Assembly (NCBI GenBank): GCA_041662625.1
Contig: JBAZSB010000001.1
Location: 681,385 to 745,384 of the forward strand
From: Patescibacteria group bacterium
Lineage (GTDB): Bacteria; Patescibacteriota; Patescibacteriia; Buchananbacterales; UBA6539
Reading direction: 5' to 3'
DNA: 64,000 nt
Positions 1 through 10,175 of this stretch are shown here, in pieces. The stretch's first letter is position 1, and every line of letters begins with the position of its first letter. The notes under the pieces are model-generated. The model saw only the letters and a list, made by a program, of their open reading frames with translations. It did not search any database and had not been told where the DNA came from. The position numbers and the translations under genes were made by a program.

Positions 1-875
1 GATTATTCCTAAACTAACTAAGATTGGCGCCCGGATACCAAAAATTTCTGGCGTCGGGTCAATTCTCAAAAATTCCATGAAAATTCTAATCAAAGAATAG
101 TTAACTAGATAAACTAAAAAAACTAAACCGTGATTCTTGATTCTTAATTCTTGATTCTTCTTATTAACCCAAACAAACAAAAATAATAAGACACCAAAAT
201 TAACCAAATCCAATCCCGACTCATACAAAAACGTCGGCTGAAAATACTGAAAATTGATATACTCAACTGGCCGGTTGGCTAAACTAATTGGAATGCCCCA
301 GGCTAAATCTGTTGGCCGGCCAAAAATTTCCTGGTTAAAATAATTGCCCCACCTTCCCAACGCCTGACCCAAAGGAATCGCTACAGCAATCAAATCAGCC
401 CAAAGCCAGAATGACTGGTTTTTTTTATAACAATAAATTAATAAGGTTAATACCCCACCAATAATGGCACCATGGATTGCCAAACCGCCGTGCCAAACCG
501 CAATTATCTCAAAAGGATTTTTTAAATAGAAATTTAAATCCAAAAGTACGGCGTAAATTCGTGCGCCCAAAGTACTGAAAATAATTAGGTAAAAACCCAG
601 GTCATAAACCCCCCCACTTTTATCTAAAAATTCCGGCTGTAACCTTAAAAATTTTTTATTATTCTCGGTTACTATTTTATCTCGTCGATTTCGAAAAAAA
701 AGGGGGGGGTAAACTTCATCTTTTTTAATCCCCTGCTTTTTGGTTAATTGCAAAACCACCAAAAGCCCGAGAATAATTCCAAATACAACCAAAGCTCCGT
801 ACCAATAGACACGAATAAAGCCCAACTGAAATAAAATGGGTTGAGGCAAATAATTGTGTAAAAAGTTAATCATGG
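1..875 (-). CDS. lgt: prolipoprotein diacylglyceryl transferase (partial; 3' end runs off window)
   Basis: Not in ORF track (no stop inside window). My minus-strand translation from ATG at 875 gives MINFLHNYLPQPILFQLGFIRVYWYGALVVFGIILG... and the Lgt signature ...AIPLGQALGRWGNYFNQEIFGRPTDLAWG. Contains an A8G8 homopolymer at 697-712 read in frame. Confidence 0.75.
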
Positions 876-896
876 TGATAATACCCCTCTCCCTGT

Positions 897-919
897 CCCT
901 CCCCCGCAAGGGGGGAGGG
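897..919. repeat. GC-rich palindromic hairpin element copy 1 (CCCTCCCCC-GCAA-GGGGGAGGG)
   Basis: Perfect 9-bp inverted repeat 22 bp upstream of lgt start; same element family at 981-1004 and 7267-7291. Confidence 0.7.
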
Positions 920-980
920 AACGAGATTAATAGGTTCGATTATACTTAATAAAATTAGTTAAAAATTATTAGTATAGTTT

Positions 981-1004
981 CCCTCTCCCCTTTGTGGGAG
1001 AGGG
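981..1004. repeat. GC-rich palindromic hairpin element copy 2 (CCCTCTCCC-N6-GGGAGAGGG)
   Basis: 9-bp inverted repeat, same CT/GA-rich arms as copies 1 and 3. Confidence 0.7.
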
Positions 1005-1649
1005 AACAAGGGTGAGGGGGGGGTAATGTTCACTAACTAAATGGTAAATTTCTTCTAGCAATTCTTGTTAATTTTTTCCTCATAATCTAATTCTACCATA
1101 AATGTTTGAGGATAAAAAAAGGGGTCAGCTAACCTCTCATCAGAAGCTGCTGAACCCATCAGGGAACAATACCTTACCGCGGAATACCGCGGTGACTAAC
1201 TACCGCGACAACTTGCCGCCAACCGTCCTGCTGGGATGAACCCGGCGCTGCGTGCACGGCGACCGGTTATCATCACGGACAACAGGTGACTTAGACGCCA
1301 CCGATGTTAGCACTAGCCTTCCTTTCTGGTGCCCATTCGCGCCATTTGTTCCGCCTCCTACCGAAGACATCGCCGCAAAATACTCCGCACTGAATAACCT
1401 CATTGGTACTCCTCCTATTTCGACAGTTGACTCATACTAACTATTCAACCGTCAATATTTAGGAGGACTGTGTTCATGGTGCTTTTGATACACCAAGGGA
1501 CCACCTCCTTTCGCCTGGTAGTCAACTTCACCAATTTCAGAAAGCTTTAATTTACTATATTATCCAATTTTTGTCAAACAAAAAACGCCAGTTGCCAAAT
1601 CAATTTTGGATGATACCAGCGCTTTTTGATTTCTTGATTTTTTGTTTCC

Positions 1650-4043
1650 TTACTTCCGTTTGAGTTTTTTTTCTGTCTCTAAAATATCTAAAGTGGTTTT
1701 GATGACTGTATCGGGGTTAAGCGAGATGCTGTCAATGCCGATTTTAACCAAAAACTGGGCAAAGTCAGGAAAGTCTGAGGGGGCCTGACCACAGATGCCG
1801 ATTTTTCTTTTTTTGGCTTTGGCCACTTTGACGACTTGAGTAATCAGCTTTTTGACGGCTTCATTTCTTTCATCATAGACATGGGCAACTAAAGCGGAAT
1901 CGCGGTCAACACCCAAAGTCAACTGAGTTAAATCATTGGAACCAATAGAAAAGCCGTCAAAAATTTCGCAGAACTCTTCGGCCAAAATCACGTTCGAAGG
2001 AATTTCGCACATCACATAAAATTCTAGTCCACCTTTTCCTTGCTTTAATCCCTGTTTATTCATGACCTCAATTACTTTTTTACCTTCTTCAATCGTTCGG
2101 CAAAAAGGCACCATTACTTTGACATTATCTAAACCCATCACTTCCCGCGCTTTGCGCAAAGCCCGGCATTCCAGTTCAAAAGCGGCTTGGTAATTTGGTG
2201 AATAATAGCGAGAAGCCCCACGCCAGCCAATCATCGGATTGGATTCAACTGGCTCAAATTCCTTACCACCAATCAAATTGGCGTATTCATTTGATTTAAA
2301 ATCGGAAAGCCGAAAAATTACTTCCTTGGGATAAAAGGCAGCGGCAATCTGCGCCACGCCTTCAGCCAGCTTATCAATAAAATACTGGCTTTTATCTTTA
2401 TAACCTTCAGTTAATTCTTGGATGACTTTTTTAGCCCTTTTATCTTTTAACTTATTGAAGTGCAACAAGGCCAAAGGATGAATTTTAATATGATTATTAA
2501 TGATAAATTCTTCCCGGGCTAGTCCCACGCCGTCATTAGGAATAAAAGAAGAAGCAAAAGCGACATCGGGTTGACCGACATTCATCATGATTTTGGTCTT
2601 AGGCCGTTTGATCTTTTTCAAATTAGTCTTTTTAACTTCAAAAGGTAAAATCCCTTCATAAACACAACCAACTTCACCTTCAGCGCCAGACAACGTGACA
2701 CTCTGGCCGGATTTGATTTTTTTGGTGGCTTCATCAGTGCCGACAACACAAGGAATACCCAGCTCGCGCGAGACAATGGCGGCATGGCAAGTCCGGCCAC
2801 CGCGGTTGGTGACGATCCCCCCAGCAATCTTCATAATCGGCTCCCAGTCTGGATCGGTCATATCCGTGATTAAAATTTCTCCGGCTTTAAACTTCTGAAT
2901 CTCTTTAACACTTTTAATAACATTGGCTTTGCCGGCGGCAATTTTGGCACCCACCGCCGCACCTTTAACGATTACTTTACCAGTTTTCTTTAACTTATAT
3001 TCTTCCAAAATAGAAGATGATTTAGCGGCTTGAACAGTTTCCGGCCGAGCCTGGAGGATAAAAAGTTTTTTACTCTGGCCATCTTTGGCCCATTCAATAT
3101 CCATTGGCCGCTTATAATGCTTTTCAATCAACATCCCCCATTCGGCCAGCTTCAAAACTTCCTTTTCGGATAAAACATATTTTTTCTGATCGGCTTTGGG
3201 GGTCGGCACATCTTTGACTACTACCCCACCCTGCTGGGTATAAATCATTTTAATTTTTTTACTGCCCAGTTTTTTGGCAATTATCGGCTTAAAACCTTTT
3301 TCCAAGGTTGGCTTAAAAACCGAAAATTCATCAGGGTTAACTTTACCCTGAACAATATTTTCGCCCAAGCCCCAGGAACCGTTAATTAAAACTGTTCCGC
3401 GAAAACCCGACTCCGTATCAATAGTAAACATCACCCCCGAACATGCTAAGTCCGAACGCACCATTTTCTGGACGCCGATGGAAAGGCCGACTTTGAAATG
3501 GTCAAACTTTTTATCCGCGCGGTACGAAATCGCCCGGTTGGTAAAAAGAGAAGCAAAACAGCGCCGACAGGCATCAAGCAGCGCTTCCTGACCGCGGATA
3601 TTCAAAAAGGTTTCCTGCTGGCCGGCAAAAGAAGCATCGGGTAAATCTTCGGCTGTGGCCGAAGACCGCACCGCCACATCAACATTTTTCCGATATTGCT
3701 TTTCCAATTTTTGGTAAGCAGTAATAATTTGTTTCTGCAAATCTTTGGGTAACTCCGCTTTTAAAATCAATTCCCTGACCTGCTGGCCTTTAGTCATTAA
3801 ATTTTTAAGATCGTGAGTATTCAAATCAGCTAGAATTTTTTTGATTTGCCGGCGCAGACCGGTTTTTTTTAATAAATAAAAATAGGCACTCGCTGTGACG
3901 GCAAAACCATTAGGTACTTCCATGCCGTGAGGCGATAATTTTTGGTACATTTCGCCCAAAGAGGCATTTTTGCCGCCAACTTTCGGCACATCTTTAATGG
4001 TAATCTCGTTGAACCAACAAATAAATTTTTTGCGTAGAATCAT
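1650..4043 (-). CDS. ppsA: phosphoenolpyruvate synthase (pyruvate, water dikinase)
   Basis: 797 aa; N-terminal ...VPKVGGKNASLGEM..., central phosphohistidine swivel ...GGRTCHAAIVSRELGIPCVVG..., C-terminal PEP-utilising TIM barrel; typical PpsA length. Confidence 0.9.
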   Translation of the reverse strand: MILRKKFICWFNEITIKDVPKVGGKNASLGEMYQKLSPHGMEVPNGFAVTASAYFYLLKKTGLRRQIKKILADLNTHDLKNLMTKGQQVRELILKAELPKDLQKQIITAYQKLEKQYRKNVDVAVRSSATAEDLPDASFAGQQETFLNIRGQEALLDACRRCFASLFTNRAISYRADKKFDHFKVGLSIGVQKMVRSDLACSGVMFTIDTESGFRGTVLINGSWGLGENIVQGKVNPDEFSVFKPTLEKGFKPIIAKKLGSKKIKMIYTQQGGVVVKDVPTPKADQKKYVLSEKEVLKLAEWGMLIEKHYKRPMDIEWAKDGQSKKLFILQARPETVQAAKSSSILEEYKLKKTGKVIVKGAAVGAKIAAGKANVIKSVKEIQKFKAGEILITDMTDPDWEPIMKIAGGIVTNRGGRTCHAAIVSRELGIPCVVGTDEATKKIKSGQSVTLSGAEGEVGCVYEGILPFEVKKTNLKKIKRPKTKIMMNVGQPDVAFASSFIPNDGVGLAREEFIINNHIKIHPLALLHFNKLKDKRAKKVIQELTEGYKDKSQYFIDKLAEGVAQIAAAFYPKEVIFRLSDFKSNEYANLIGGKEFEPVESNPMIGWRGASRYYSPNYQAAFELECRALRKAREVMGLDNVKVMVPFCRTIEEGKKVIEVMNKQGLKQGKGGLEFYVMCEIPSNVILAEEFCEIFDGFSIGSNDLTQLTLGVDRDSALVAHVYDERNEAVKKLITQVVKVAKAKKRKIGICGQAPSDFPDFAQFLVKIGIDSISLNPDTVIKTTLDILETEKKLKRK

Positions 4044-4117
4044 ATAAAACTCAATTATTAATCTTTAGGATTTTAATATTAAAAATTGATTCGAAATTCA
4101 AAATTCGGGATTAAAAA

Positions 4118-5626
4118 TTAGATTGTTTCTACCTTAATTAAGTTTGTCTGGCCCAAGTAACCAAAAGGATGGCCAGCGGCAATAACAACAATATCGCCTT
4201 TTTTAACCAATTTTTTATTGAGAAGTAATTTTTCAATCGCAACCAATAAATGATTGAATGACTTGGAAAAAGATAAATAATAAGCATTAACCCCCCAGCT
4301 CAGACAAAGCTGATTTCTGGTTTTTTCTGTGGCCGCTAAAGCTACTACCTGAATTCGGGGCCGATATTTAATGATCGAACGAGCCGTAAAGCCGCCAGTG
4401 GTAGCACAAACAATCAATTTTGCCCCAACATCATGGGCGATTTTTTGAACACCAAAGCTGACATTTTCAGTAATCCCCCCGGCTTTCCTTAAACTTTCCT
4501 CAATTTGCTGATGCTGCTGGATTTCCATCCCTTCCACTTCATGGGCGATTTTTGCCATCACCCGGACTGCTTTAAGCGGATATTTTCCGGTCGCCGTTTC
4601 ACCGGAAAGCATAATCGCATCCGTGCCGTCTAAAATGGCATTAGCCACGTCTGAAACTTCGGCGCGGGTGGGAACCGGGTAACGAATCATTGAATCCAGC
4701 ATCTGCGTTGCTACAATCACTGGTTTTGATTCCTGGACGCAGCGCCGGACAATCTTTTTCTGGATTAAAGGTAAATCTTCAAGTGGAATCTCTAGCCCCA
4801 AATCGCCGCGGGCAACCATAATACCGTCAGCGGCCTCTAAAATTTCTTCAAAATGAGTCACGGCTTCAGGCCGTTCAATCTTAGCAATAATTTTAGTGTG
4901 AGTACCGGGCCAGTCACCACTGCGCTTAGGCTTTTTGAAATCTTTGGTCTTTTGACCCAGTCGTATTTCCTCTTTATAAATTACTTTACGCAGATTAATA
5001 ATATCAGCGGCTTCTTTAACAAAAGATAAAGCGATAAAATCAACATCTTGGCGCAAGCCAAATTTCAAATCCTCAATATCTTTGGCTGTTACCGCTGGAG
5101 CGCTAATCGAAGATTTGGGAAAATTCATCCCTTTATGGGTATTAATTACATCACCCACTTTGACTTTGCAACGAATAGCTTTATTTTTGATGGCCAGCAC
5201 CTCTAATTCAATTTTGGCATCATCAATCAATATTGGGTCACCCGGCTTTAAATCTTTATATAAATTAGGATATTGGATGGGAATGAAAGTTGCCACATCC
5301 TTTAAAGAAATTCTAAAATTTTCCGGCACCAACGAAATAGTTTGACCGGCTTCTACTTTAATTCCTTCTTCGGCAATCTCCCCGATTCTGATCCGCGGCC
5401 CTTGTAAATCCTGTAAAACCGCAATGGGTTGGCCCAATTTATCCGCCACCCGGCGAAGATTATTGATCAACAGCGCATGATGTTTATGACTGCCATGAGA
5501 AAAGTTAAGCCGGGCAATATTAAGCCCGGATTGAATCATTGTTTCAATTTTGGTTTTGGCTTCCGAAGCCGGACCGATAGTGCAGACAATTTTAGTTCTC
5601 TTCATAATATTAAGAAATAAGTCCAA
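4118..5626 (-). CDS. pyk: pyruvate kinase
   Basis: 502 aa; MKRTKIVCTIGPAS start, ...IIAKIE..., ...MVARGDLGLEIP... catalytic motifs, C-terminal alpha/beta domain. Confidence 0.9.
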   Translation of the reverse strand: MDLFLNIMKRTKIVCTIGPASEAKTKIETMIQSGLNIARLNFSHGSHKHHALLINNLRRVADKLGQPIAVLQDLQGPRIRIGEIAEEGIKVEAGQTISLVPENFRISLKDVATFIPIQYPNLYKDLKPGDPILIDDAKIELEVLAIKNKAIRCKVKVGDVINTHKGMNFPKSSISAPAVTAKDIEDLKFGLRQDVDFIALSFVKEAADIINLRKVIYKEEIRLGQKTKDFKKPKRSGDWPGTHTKIIAKIERPEAVTHFEEILEAADGIMVARGDLGLEIPLEDLPLIQKKIVRRCVQESKPVIVATQMLDSMIRYPVPTRAEVSDVANAILDGTDAIMLSGETATGKYPLKAVRVMAKIAHEVEGMEIQQHQQIEESLRKAGGITENVSFGVQKIAHDVGAKLIVCATTGGFTARSIIKYRPRIQVVALAATEKTRNQLCLSWGVNAYYLSFSKSFNHLLVAIEKLLLNKKLVKKGDIVVIAAGHPFGYLGQTNLIKVETI

Positions 5627-5687
5627 ATAAAGAAATAAGTCTAGATAAGTGCTTTATCTTGGCTTATTTCTTAATTCTTATCTTGAC

Positions 5688-6017
5688 TTAAAGTTTAAGA
5701 GTCTTGACTACCCAGTCACCCAGACCCTTTGCCCAGCCACCCACTATTGGCAATTCCCACTTTTCGCCCTGCAAGGCTTTGATGATGCCGACAATAGCCG
5801 CGATGCCAACTACGATGTTTAGCAGCCAGCCCAAACCCGGGATAAACCAGAAAACCACTGAAATGACGAAAAGCAAAGCCCCTTGACTGGCGTGGAAGCG
5901 GACAAAGTCATTGTCTTTACGGGCAGCTAAAGCGACCAAGGATAAAATCCAAAGGTAGCCGACAGCAGCCCAGATCTTTTTTTCCTGGGGATTAAGTTGT
6001 GATTTTGTTTCAGCCAT
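5688..6017 (-). CDS. small membrane protein, DUF4870-like
   Basis: 109 aa, two TM segments, ...WAAVGYLWILSLVALAARKDNDFVRFHASQGALLFV... resembles DUF4870 family. Confidence 0.5.
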   Translation of the reverse strand: MAETKSQLNPQEKKIWAAVGYLWILSLVALAARKDNDFVRFHASQGALLFVISVVFWFIPGLGWLLNIVVGIAAIVGIIKALQGEKWELPIVGGWAKGLGDWVVKTLKL

Positions 6018-6147
6018 AGATTTAATTTTTTAATTTATTATCCAATATTTACACTAGCCTAATTATACCATAAATCTCCGTTGACAGCCAAGAAAATTAA
6101 TGCTACCTTATTAAGCTACTGGAATCATAACTAAGGAGAGGGCGACA

Positions 6148-6402
6148 ATGAACCTTAATGTGATTGGCTGGTCTGTGGTTGGCTTTATCGTTCTTTCAAT
6201 AGGGATAGGTCTGGGCTTTCTCATATACAGGTACTACCAATTCAGAAAGCATCATACTTGTCCAAATTGTGGAACGTTTCAACCATCCAGATGCCTTGAC
6301 TGCAAAGATTGTCTAGTCTGCGATCAAGGACAATTTGGTCACCGCGGCGCGACTTTATGCCGCGCCTGTCAAAAGTTTCTGATCCCATCCTGCCATGATT
6401 AA
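6148..6402 (+). CDS. membrane-anchored Cys-rich zinc-ribbon-like protein
   Basis: 84 aa; N-terminal TM helix then CPNC..C..C..C..C..C..C pattern; RBS-like GGAGAGGG upstream. Confidence 0.45.
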   Translation: MNLNVIGWSVVGFIVLSIGIGLGFLIYRYYQFRKHHTCPNCGTFQPSRCLDCKDCLVCDQGQFGHRGATLCRACQKFLIPSCHD

Positions 6403-6451
6403 AGCCGACCGAGGAAACAAGGCCGGCTTCTTTTTTATTTAATATGATAAA

Positions 6452-7234
6452 TTATTTTAAATCCCTGGCTGATAATTCTTTGGCTTGCTGCCACATCACC
6501 ATAAATTGGCTTTTCATCATCTCGGCCAGTTCCGAGCTTTCCACTAAAAAACCAAAGTTCTCTTGGCTTGAAGAAATAAATCGGACGGTATTACCGTAAA
6601 TTGAATAGCCTAAAGAAAAATCAATATTGGCTGGTGCAATCCGCATTTCCCTTTTTAAATTTTGATTAGCTAACAAAAAGGGGTATTTTTTTAAATCCGG
6701 AATTTGGGCTTTGGGCCAAATCACTTTTAAGCTAATATTTTGTTCCGAGCGTTTCTGATGAAATTCTTTGATAAAGTCTGGGCCTAAAAGCTCTAGCATT
6801 TTTTTAATTGGCCAATATGCCAAGACGGTAACATCACGGTAAAGCAGTATATCTTTCATCATTTGCTGCAATTCTTTTTGGCCTTCAAAAATTTGCAGTT
6901 TCGGCTGAGAAAACTTATCACGGTTTTGTAAAGATTGTTTCAAATTTTCTAACTCCTCGGCGGCGGCCAAGACTTCTTTTCGTTTCTCCTCAAGTAAAAG
7001 TTTAATCTTTTCTGAGGTAACCGTAATAAAGACTTTAGCCCCGCCTTTCAAAGTTTCACTGATTAAACCAACTTCAATCAGCCGCTTAAGCAAATCATAA
7101 ACCGATGTCCGGCTGATACCAGCTTGTCTGGCTAATTGGCTGGCACTCATTGGACCATTAGCAAAAAGCTGACTGAACAGCTCGGCCTCAATCGGCCTTA
7201 AATTAAACAAGTTTAATAATTTATTGGGTTTCAT
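6452..7234 (-). CDS. TrmB-family transcriptional regulator
   Basis: 260 aa; N-terminal wHTH ...ASQLARQAGISRTSVYDLLKRLIEVGLISE... typical TrmB; C-terminal sensor-like domain. Confidence 0.7.
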   Translation of the reverse strand: MKPNKLLNLFNLRPIEAELFSQLFANGPMSASQLARQAGISRTSVYDLLKRLIEVGLISETLKGGAKVFITVTSEKIKLLLEEKRKEVLAAAEELENLKQSLQNRDKFSQPKLQIFEGQKELQQMMKDILLYRDVTVLAYWPIKKMLELLGPDFIKEFHQKRSEQNISLKVIWPKAQIPDLKKYPFLLANQNLKREMRIAPANIDFSLGYSIYGNTVRFISSSQENFGFLVESSELAEMMKSQFMVMWQQAKELSARDLK

Positions 7235-7266
7235 ACCTTCTTTTCCCTTCTCCCCTTACTTAACTT

Positions 7267-7291
7267 CCCCTCTCCCCTTTGGGGGAGAGGG
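7267..7291. repeat. GC-rich palindromic hairpin element copy 3 (CCCCTCTCCCC-TTT-GGGGAGAGGG)
   Basis: 33 bp upstream of TrmB-like start, in divergent region with the GC-rich sulfotransferase-like gene. Confidence 0.7.
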
Positions 7292-7429
7292 CTAGGGTGA
7301 TGGGGTATTAGTCTTGCTTTAGTCGTCGGATTTTCACGACATAGTTTACATTACTCCCCTTTTTTGGCAAGGTCAAGGGAGGAAAAGAAACGAGGAGAGT
7401 AAACTGCCCTTTATATCGAGGAGAGATGA

Positions 7430-8308
7430 ATGAATAGAAGAATAATCACGCAGCCAGTCTTTATCTTCGGCTGCAGCAACAGCGGCCAGTCAATACTAGC
7501 CAGAACGCTAACTGACCATCCAGCTTTCTGCGGCTTGCCTTTGATGCGCAGACCTGATAATCATGGACAGCTGCATCACTTGGAAACTCAAGATCTGAGA
7601 CGTTACCGTAAAGGCAAAGGCTGGCCAAAGGAGCTGACTCACCGGTTTGGCAAAGAGACTGCTCGACTTTGGGCCATTAGCAAATTCCGAGGTCTGCTGA
7701 TGGTAACCGAAGCCGACTACACTCCTAGCCTGGCTCGACGAACCAAAACGGTGCTGCGCCGGTTCGTCAAGAAAGGCAAGCGGTTAGTCCTGACCGGACC
7801 AGCCAACTTACTTCGGGCAAGATTGTTCGCCACAATTTTCTCGGATGCCAAGTTCGTTGCCGTGGTCAGATATGCCTGTGCTGTTGCCGAAGGAATTATC
7901 AGAAAACGCCTGCACGATCCACAGCGGCCCTGGATATCAGGTATGCAGACAACGATTCAGCAAGCAGCTGAACAATGGGAGAATGCTAATGTCCTGCTGC
8001 TCTTACTGCAGCAATTCCTGGGCGATCGCCTTCTTATTGTGCACTACGAGGACTTGGTAACCAAACCAAAGGCTACCTTGAGTCAAGTCCTAGCTTTCCT
8101 GGGTGAAAGCAGTAAAGGCTTTAGGGCACCAAGGTTCAAGCGCAAGCTGAATCAAAGGCAAGCCGGGCGTCTGACTGCCGACGAACGCGAAGTTGTGGAA
8201 AGGACCTGCTGGCCGATGATGGACCACTTCGACTATGCCCGGCCAAAGCCGCACGTCTGGCAGCCAAAACGGAGGAAACAGAGGAGATATTCGAAGCCAA
8301 GACAATAG
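7430..8308 (+). CDS. sulfotransferase-family protein (GC-rich, likely horizontally acquired)
   Basis: 292 aa; N-terminal PVFIFGCSNSGQSILARTL resembles the PAPS-binding 5'-PSB loop of the Sulfotransfer_3 family; GC about 50% versus about 37% flanks; RBS GAGGAGAG. Confidence 0.5.
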   Translation: MNRRIITQPVFIFGCSNSGQSILARTLTDHPAFCGLPLMRRPDNHGQLHHLETQDLRRYRKGKGWPKELTHRFGKETARLWAISKFRGLLMVTEADYTPSLARRTKTVLRRFVKKGKRLVLTGPANLLRARLFATIFSDAKFVAVVRYACAVAEGIIRKRLHDPQRPWISGMQTTIQQAAEQWENANVLLLLLQQFLGDRLLIVHYEDLVTKPKATLSQVLAFLGESSKGFRAPRFKRKLNQRQAGRLTADEREVVERTCWPMMDHFDYARPKPHVWQPKRRKQRRYSKPRQ

Positions 8309-8321
8309 TTCTTGGCTTCTT

Positions 8322-8352
8322 TTTTTTACCTATACCAAAAGCCGAGGCGTCT
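8322..8352. terminator. hairpin terminator between convergent sulfotransferase-like gene and groEL (AAAGCCGAGG...CCCCGGCTTT)
   Basis: Stem about 9 bp, followed by a T-run on the minus strand (groEL side). Confidence 0.55.
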
Positions 8353-8412
8353 TGCCCCGGCTTTGTATTGGAATTTGGAATTTTGAATTTGGGATTTCCC
8401 GTGCAGCGGGCT

Positions 8413-10068
8413 TTACATCATGCCCATGCCACCCATTCCCGGCATTCCCGCACCATGGTCATGGCCTTCTTTTTCCGGTAAATCTGTCACAACGGCTTCC
8501 ATGGTAATCAAAGTTGAAGCAATGGAGGCAGCATTTTCTAAAGCCGTCCGGGTGACTTTCATCGGGTCAACAATGCCGGCTTTGAGCATGTCAACTTTTT
8601 TCATAGTGTTAAAATCATAACCGGAATTAGCATCTTGAATCTCTTTAATCTCATTCAGGATTAGGGAAATGTCTTTAAGGCCGGCGTTGGCCGCAATCTG
8701 ACGCAAGGGGGCCGATAATGCTTGTTGGATAATTTTAGCGCCAACTTTCTCATCATCAGTCAGCTCAACTTTATGTTCTTTCAATAAATCATTTAGGGCA
8801 TTGGCCACTTTGACTAAAGCGGCACCGCCACCGGGGACAATGCCTTCAGCCACAGCGGCTTTAGTCGCATTGAGGGCATCTTCGATTTTGAATTTCTTTT
8901 CTTTCATTTCGGTTTCGGTCGCGGCTCCAACTCTAATGACCCCGACGCCACCAGATAACTTAGCTAAGCGCTCCATTAATTTTTCTTTATCAAATTCGGA
9001 ATCTGACAAATCATATTCTTTTCGGATTTGCGCTATGCGATTCGCGATTTGCTTCTTATCGCCTTTGCCATCAACAATCGTGGTATATTCTTTAGTGGCA
9101 ATCACTTTGCGCGCCTGGCCTAAATGCTCAATATCAGCTTTTTCTAATTTCAAACCCACGTCTTCGGAAATCACCGTCCCACCGGTCAAAACGGCAATAT
9201 CAGCCAACATTTCTTTGCGCCGATCACCAAAACCCGGGGCTTTGACGCCCAAAACATTAAAGGTACCGCGAAGTTTATTGACCACAAAAGTTGCCAAAGC
9301 TTCACCTTCGATTTCATCAGCAATAATCACTAATTCTTTTTTGCCGCTTTGAGCAATTTTTTCTAAAAGCGGTAAAATATCATGAATCGCGGAAATTTTT
9401 TGATCGGTAATCAAAATGTAAGGGTCTTCAAAATCCGCTTCCATCCGCTCGGCATTAGTCACCATATAAGCGGAAACATAACCTTTATCAAAACGCATCC
9501 CTTGAACCACTTCTTTTTGCAAACCAAAAGTTGGACTTTCTTCAACTGTGACCACGCCATCTTTGCCCACTTCTTCCATAATGTCAGCAATCATTTGGCC
9601 GACTTGCGGGTCTAGCGAAGAAATCGTGGCCACTTGCTCCACTTCTTTTTTATCTTTGATTGGTTTAGTAATTCTCTTTAAGCCTTCGATTACTACCAAA
9701 ACAGTTTTTTGAATGCCGCTTTTTAAAGCAATCGGGTCAGTACCAGCGGCGACATTTTTTAGACCTTCTTCAATAATTGCCTGGGCCAAAACCGTAGCTG
9801 TAGTTGTACCATCACCGGCGACATCATTGGTTTTTTCCGCCACTTCTTTAATTAGCGAAGCACCGACATTCTCGAATTTATCTTCCAAATCAATTTCTTT
9901 GGCAATGGTCACGCCATCATTAGTAATGGTTGGTGAGCCAAAGCCTTTATCCAAAATCACGTTTCGGCCTTTGGGACCCAAACTGACTTTGACCGCGTCA
10001 GCGACTTGATCAATGCCTTTTTTAATCGCTGCCCGTGCCTTTTCGTTAAATAATAATTGTTTAGCCAT
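8413..10068 (-). CDS. groL: chaperonin GroEL (60 kDa)
   Basis: 551 aa; [12 protein letters not shown]..., ...[12 protein letters not shown]..., C-terminal GGM repeats (GMGGMGMM). Confidence 0.95.
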   Translation of the reverse strand: MAKQLLFNEKARAAIKKGIDQVADAVKVSLGPKGRNVILDKGFGSPTITNDGVTIAKEIDLEDKFENVGASLIKEVAEKTNDVAGDGTTTATVLAQAIIEEGLKNVAAGTDPIALKSGIQKTVLVVIEGLKRITKPIKDKKEVEQVATISSLDPQVGQMIADIMEEVGKDGVVTVEESPTFGLQKEVVQGMRFDKGYVSAYMVTNAERMEADFEDPYILITDQKISAIHDILPLLEKIAQSGKKELVIIADEIEGEALATFVVNKLRGTFNVLGVKAPGFGDRRKEMLADIAVLTGGTVISEDVGLKLEKADIEHLGQARKVIATKEYTTIVDGKGDKKQIANRIAQIRKEYDLSDSEFDKEKLMERLAKLSGGVGVIRVGAATETEMKEKKFKIEDALNATKAAVAEGIVPGGGAALVKVANALNDLLKEHKVELTDDEKVGAKIIQQALSAPLRQIAANAGLKDISLILNEIKEIQDANSGYDFNTMKKVDMLKAGIVDPMKVTRTALENAASIASTLITMEAVVTDLPEKEGHDHGAGMPGMGGMGMM

Positions 10069-10175
10069 AGATTTATTAAATTATTAATTTTGAATTTTTA
10101 ATTTCGAATGAATTTAGAATTTTAAATATTGAATTATTAAAAATTGATTCAAAATTTAAAATTAGAAATTAGAAA

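Noticed and set aside
1490-1510. 16S rRNA 3' end suggested by CCACCTCCTTTC
   Set aside because: A 12-nt match only; no upstream helix-45 sequence (AAGTCGTAACAAGG) and the block is far too short for rRNA.
2618-2898. Track ORFs 2618..2827(-) and 2695..2898(+) inside ppsA
   Set aside because: Fully embedded in or antisense to a confidently identified 797-aa gene; low-complexity translation; no RBS.
8090-8507. ORFs 8090..8305(-) and 8235..8507(+) overlapping the sulfotransferase-like gene end and the terminator
   Set aside because: Overlap a better-supported CDS and a hairpin terminator; GC-rich DNA inflates random ORF length.
8420-10009. Track ORFs antisense within groEL (8420.., 8801.., 9382.., 9713..)
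   Set aside because: Antisense to GroEL; Ser/Ala/Pro-rich compositional artefacts of the GC-skewed coding strand.
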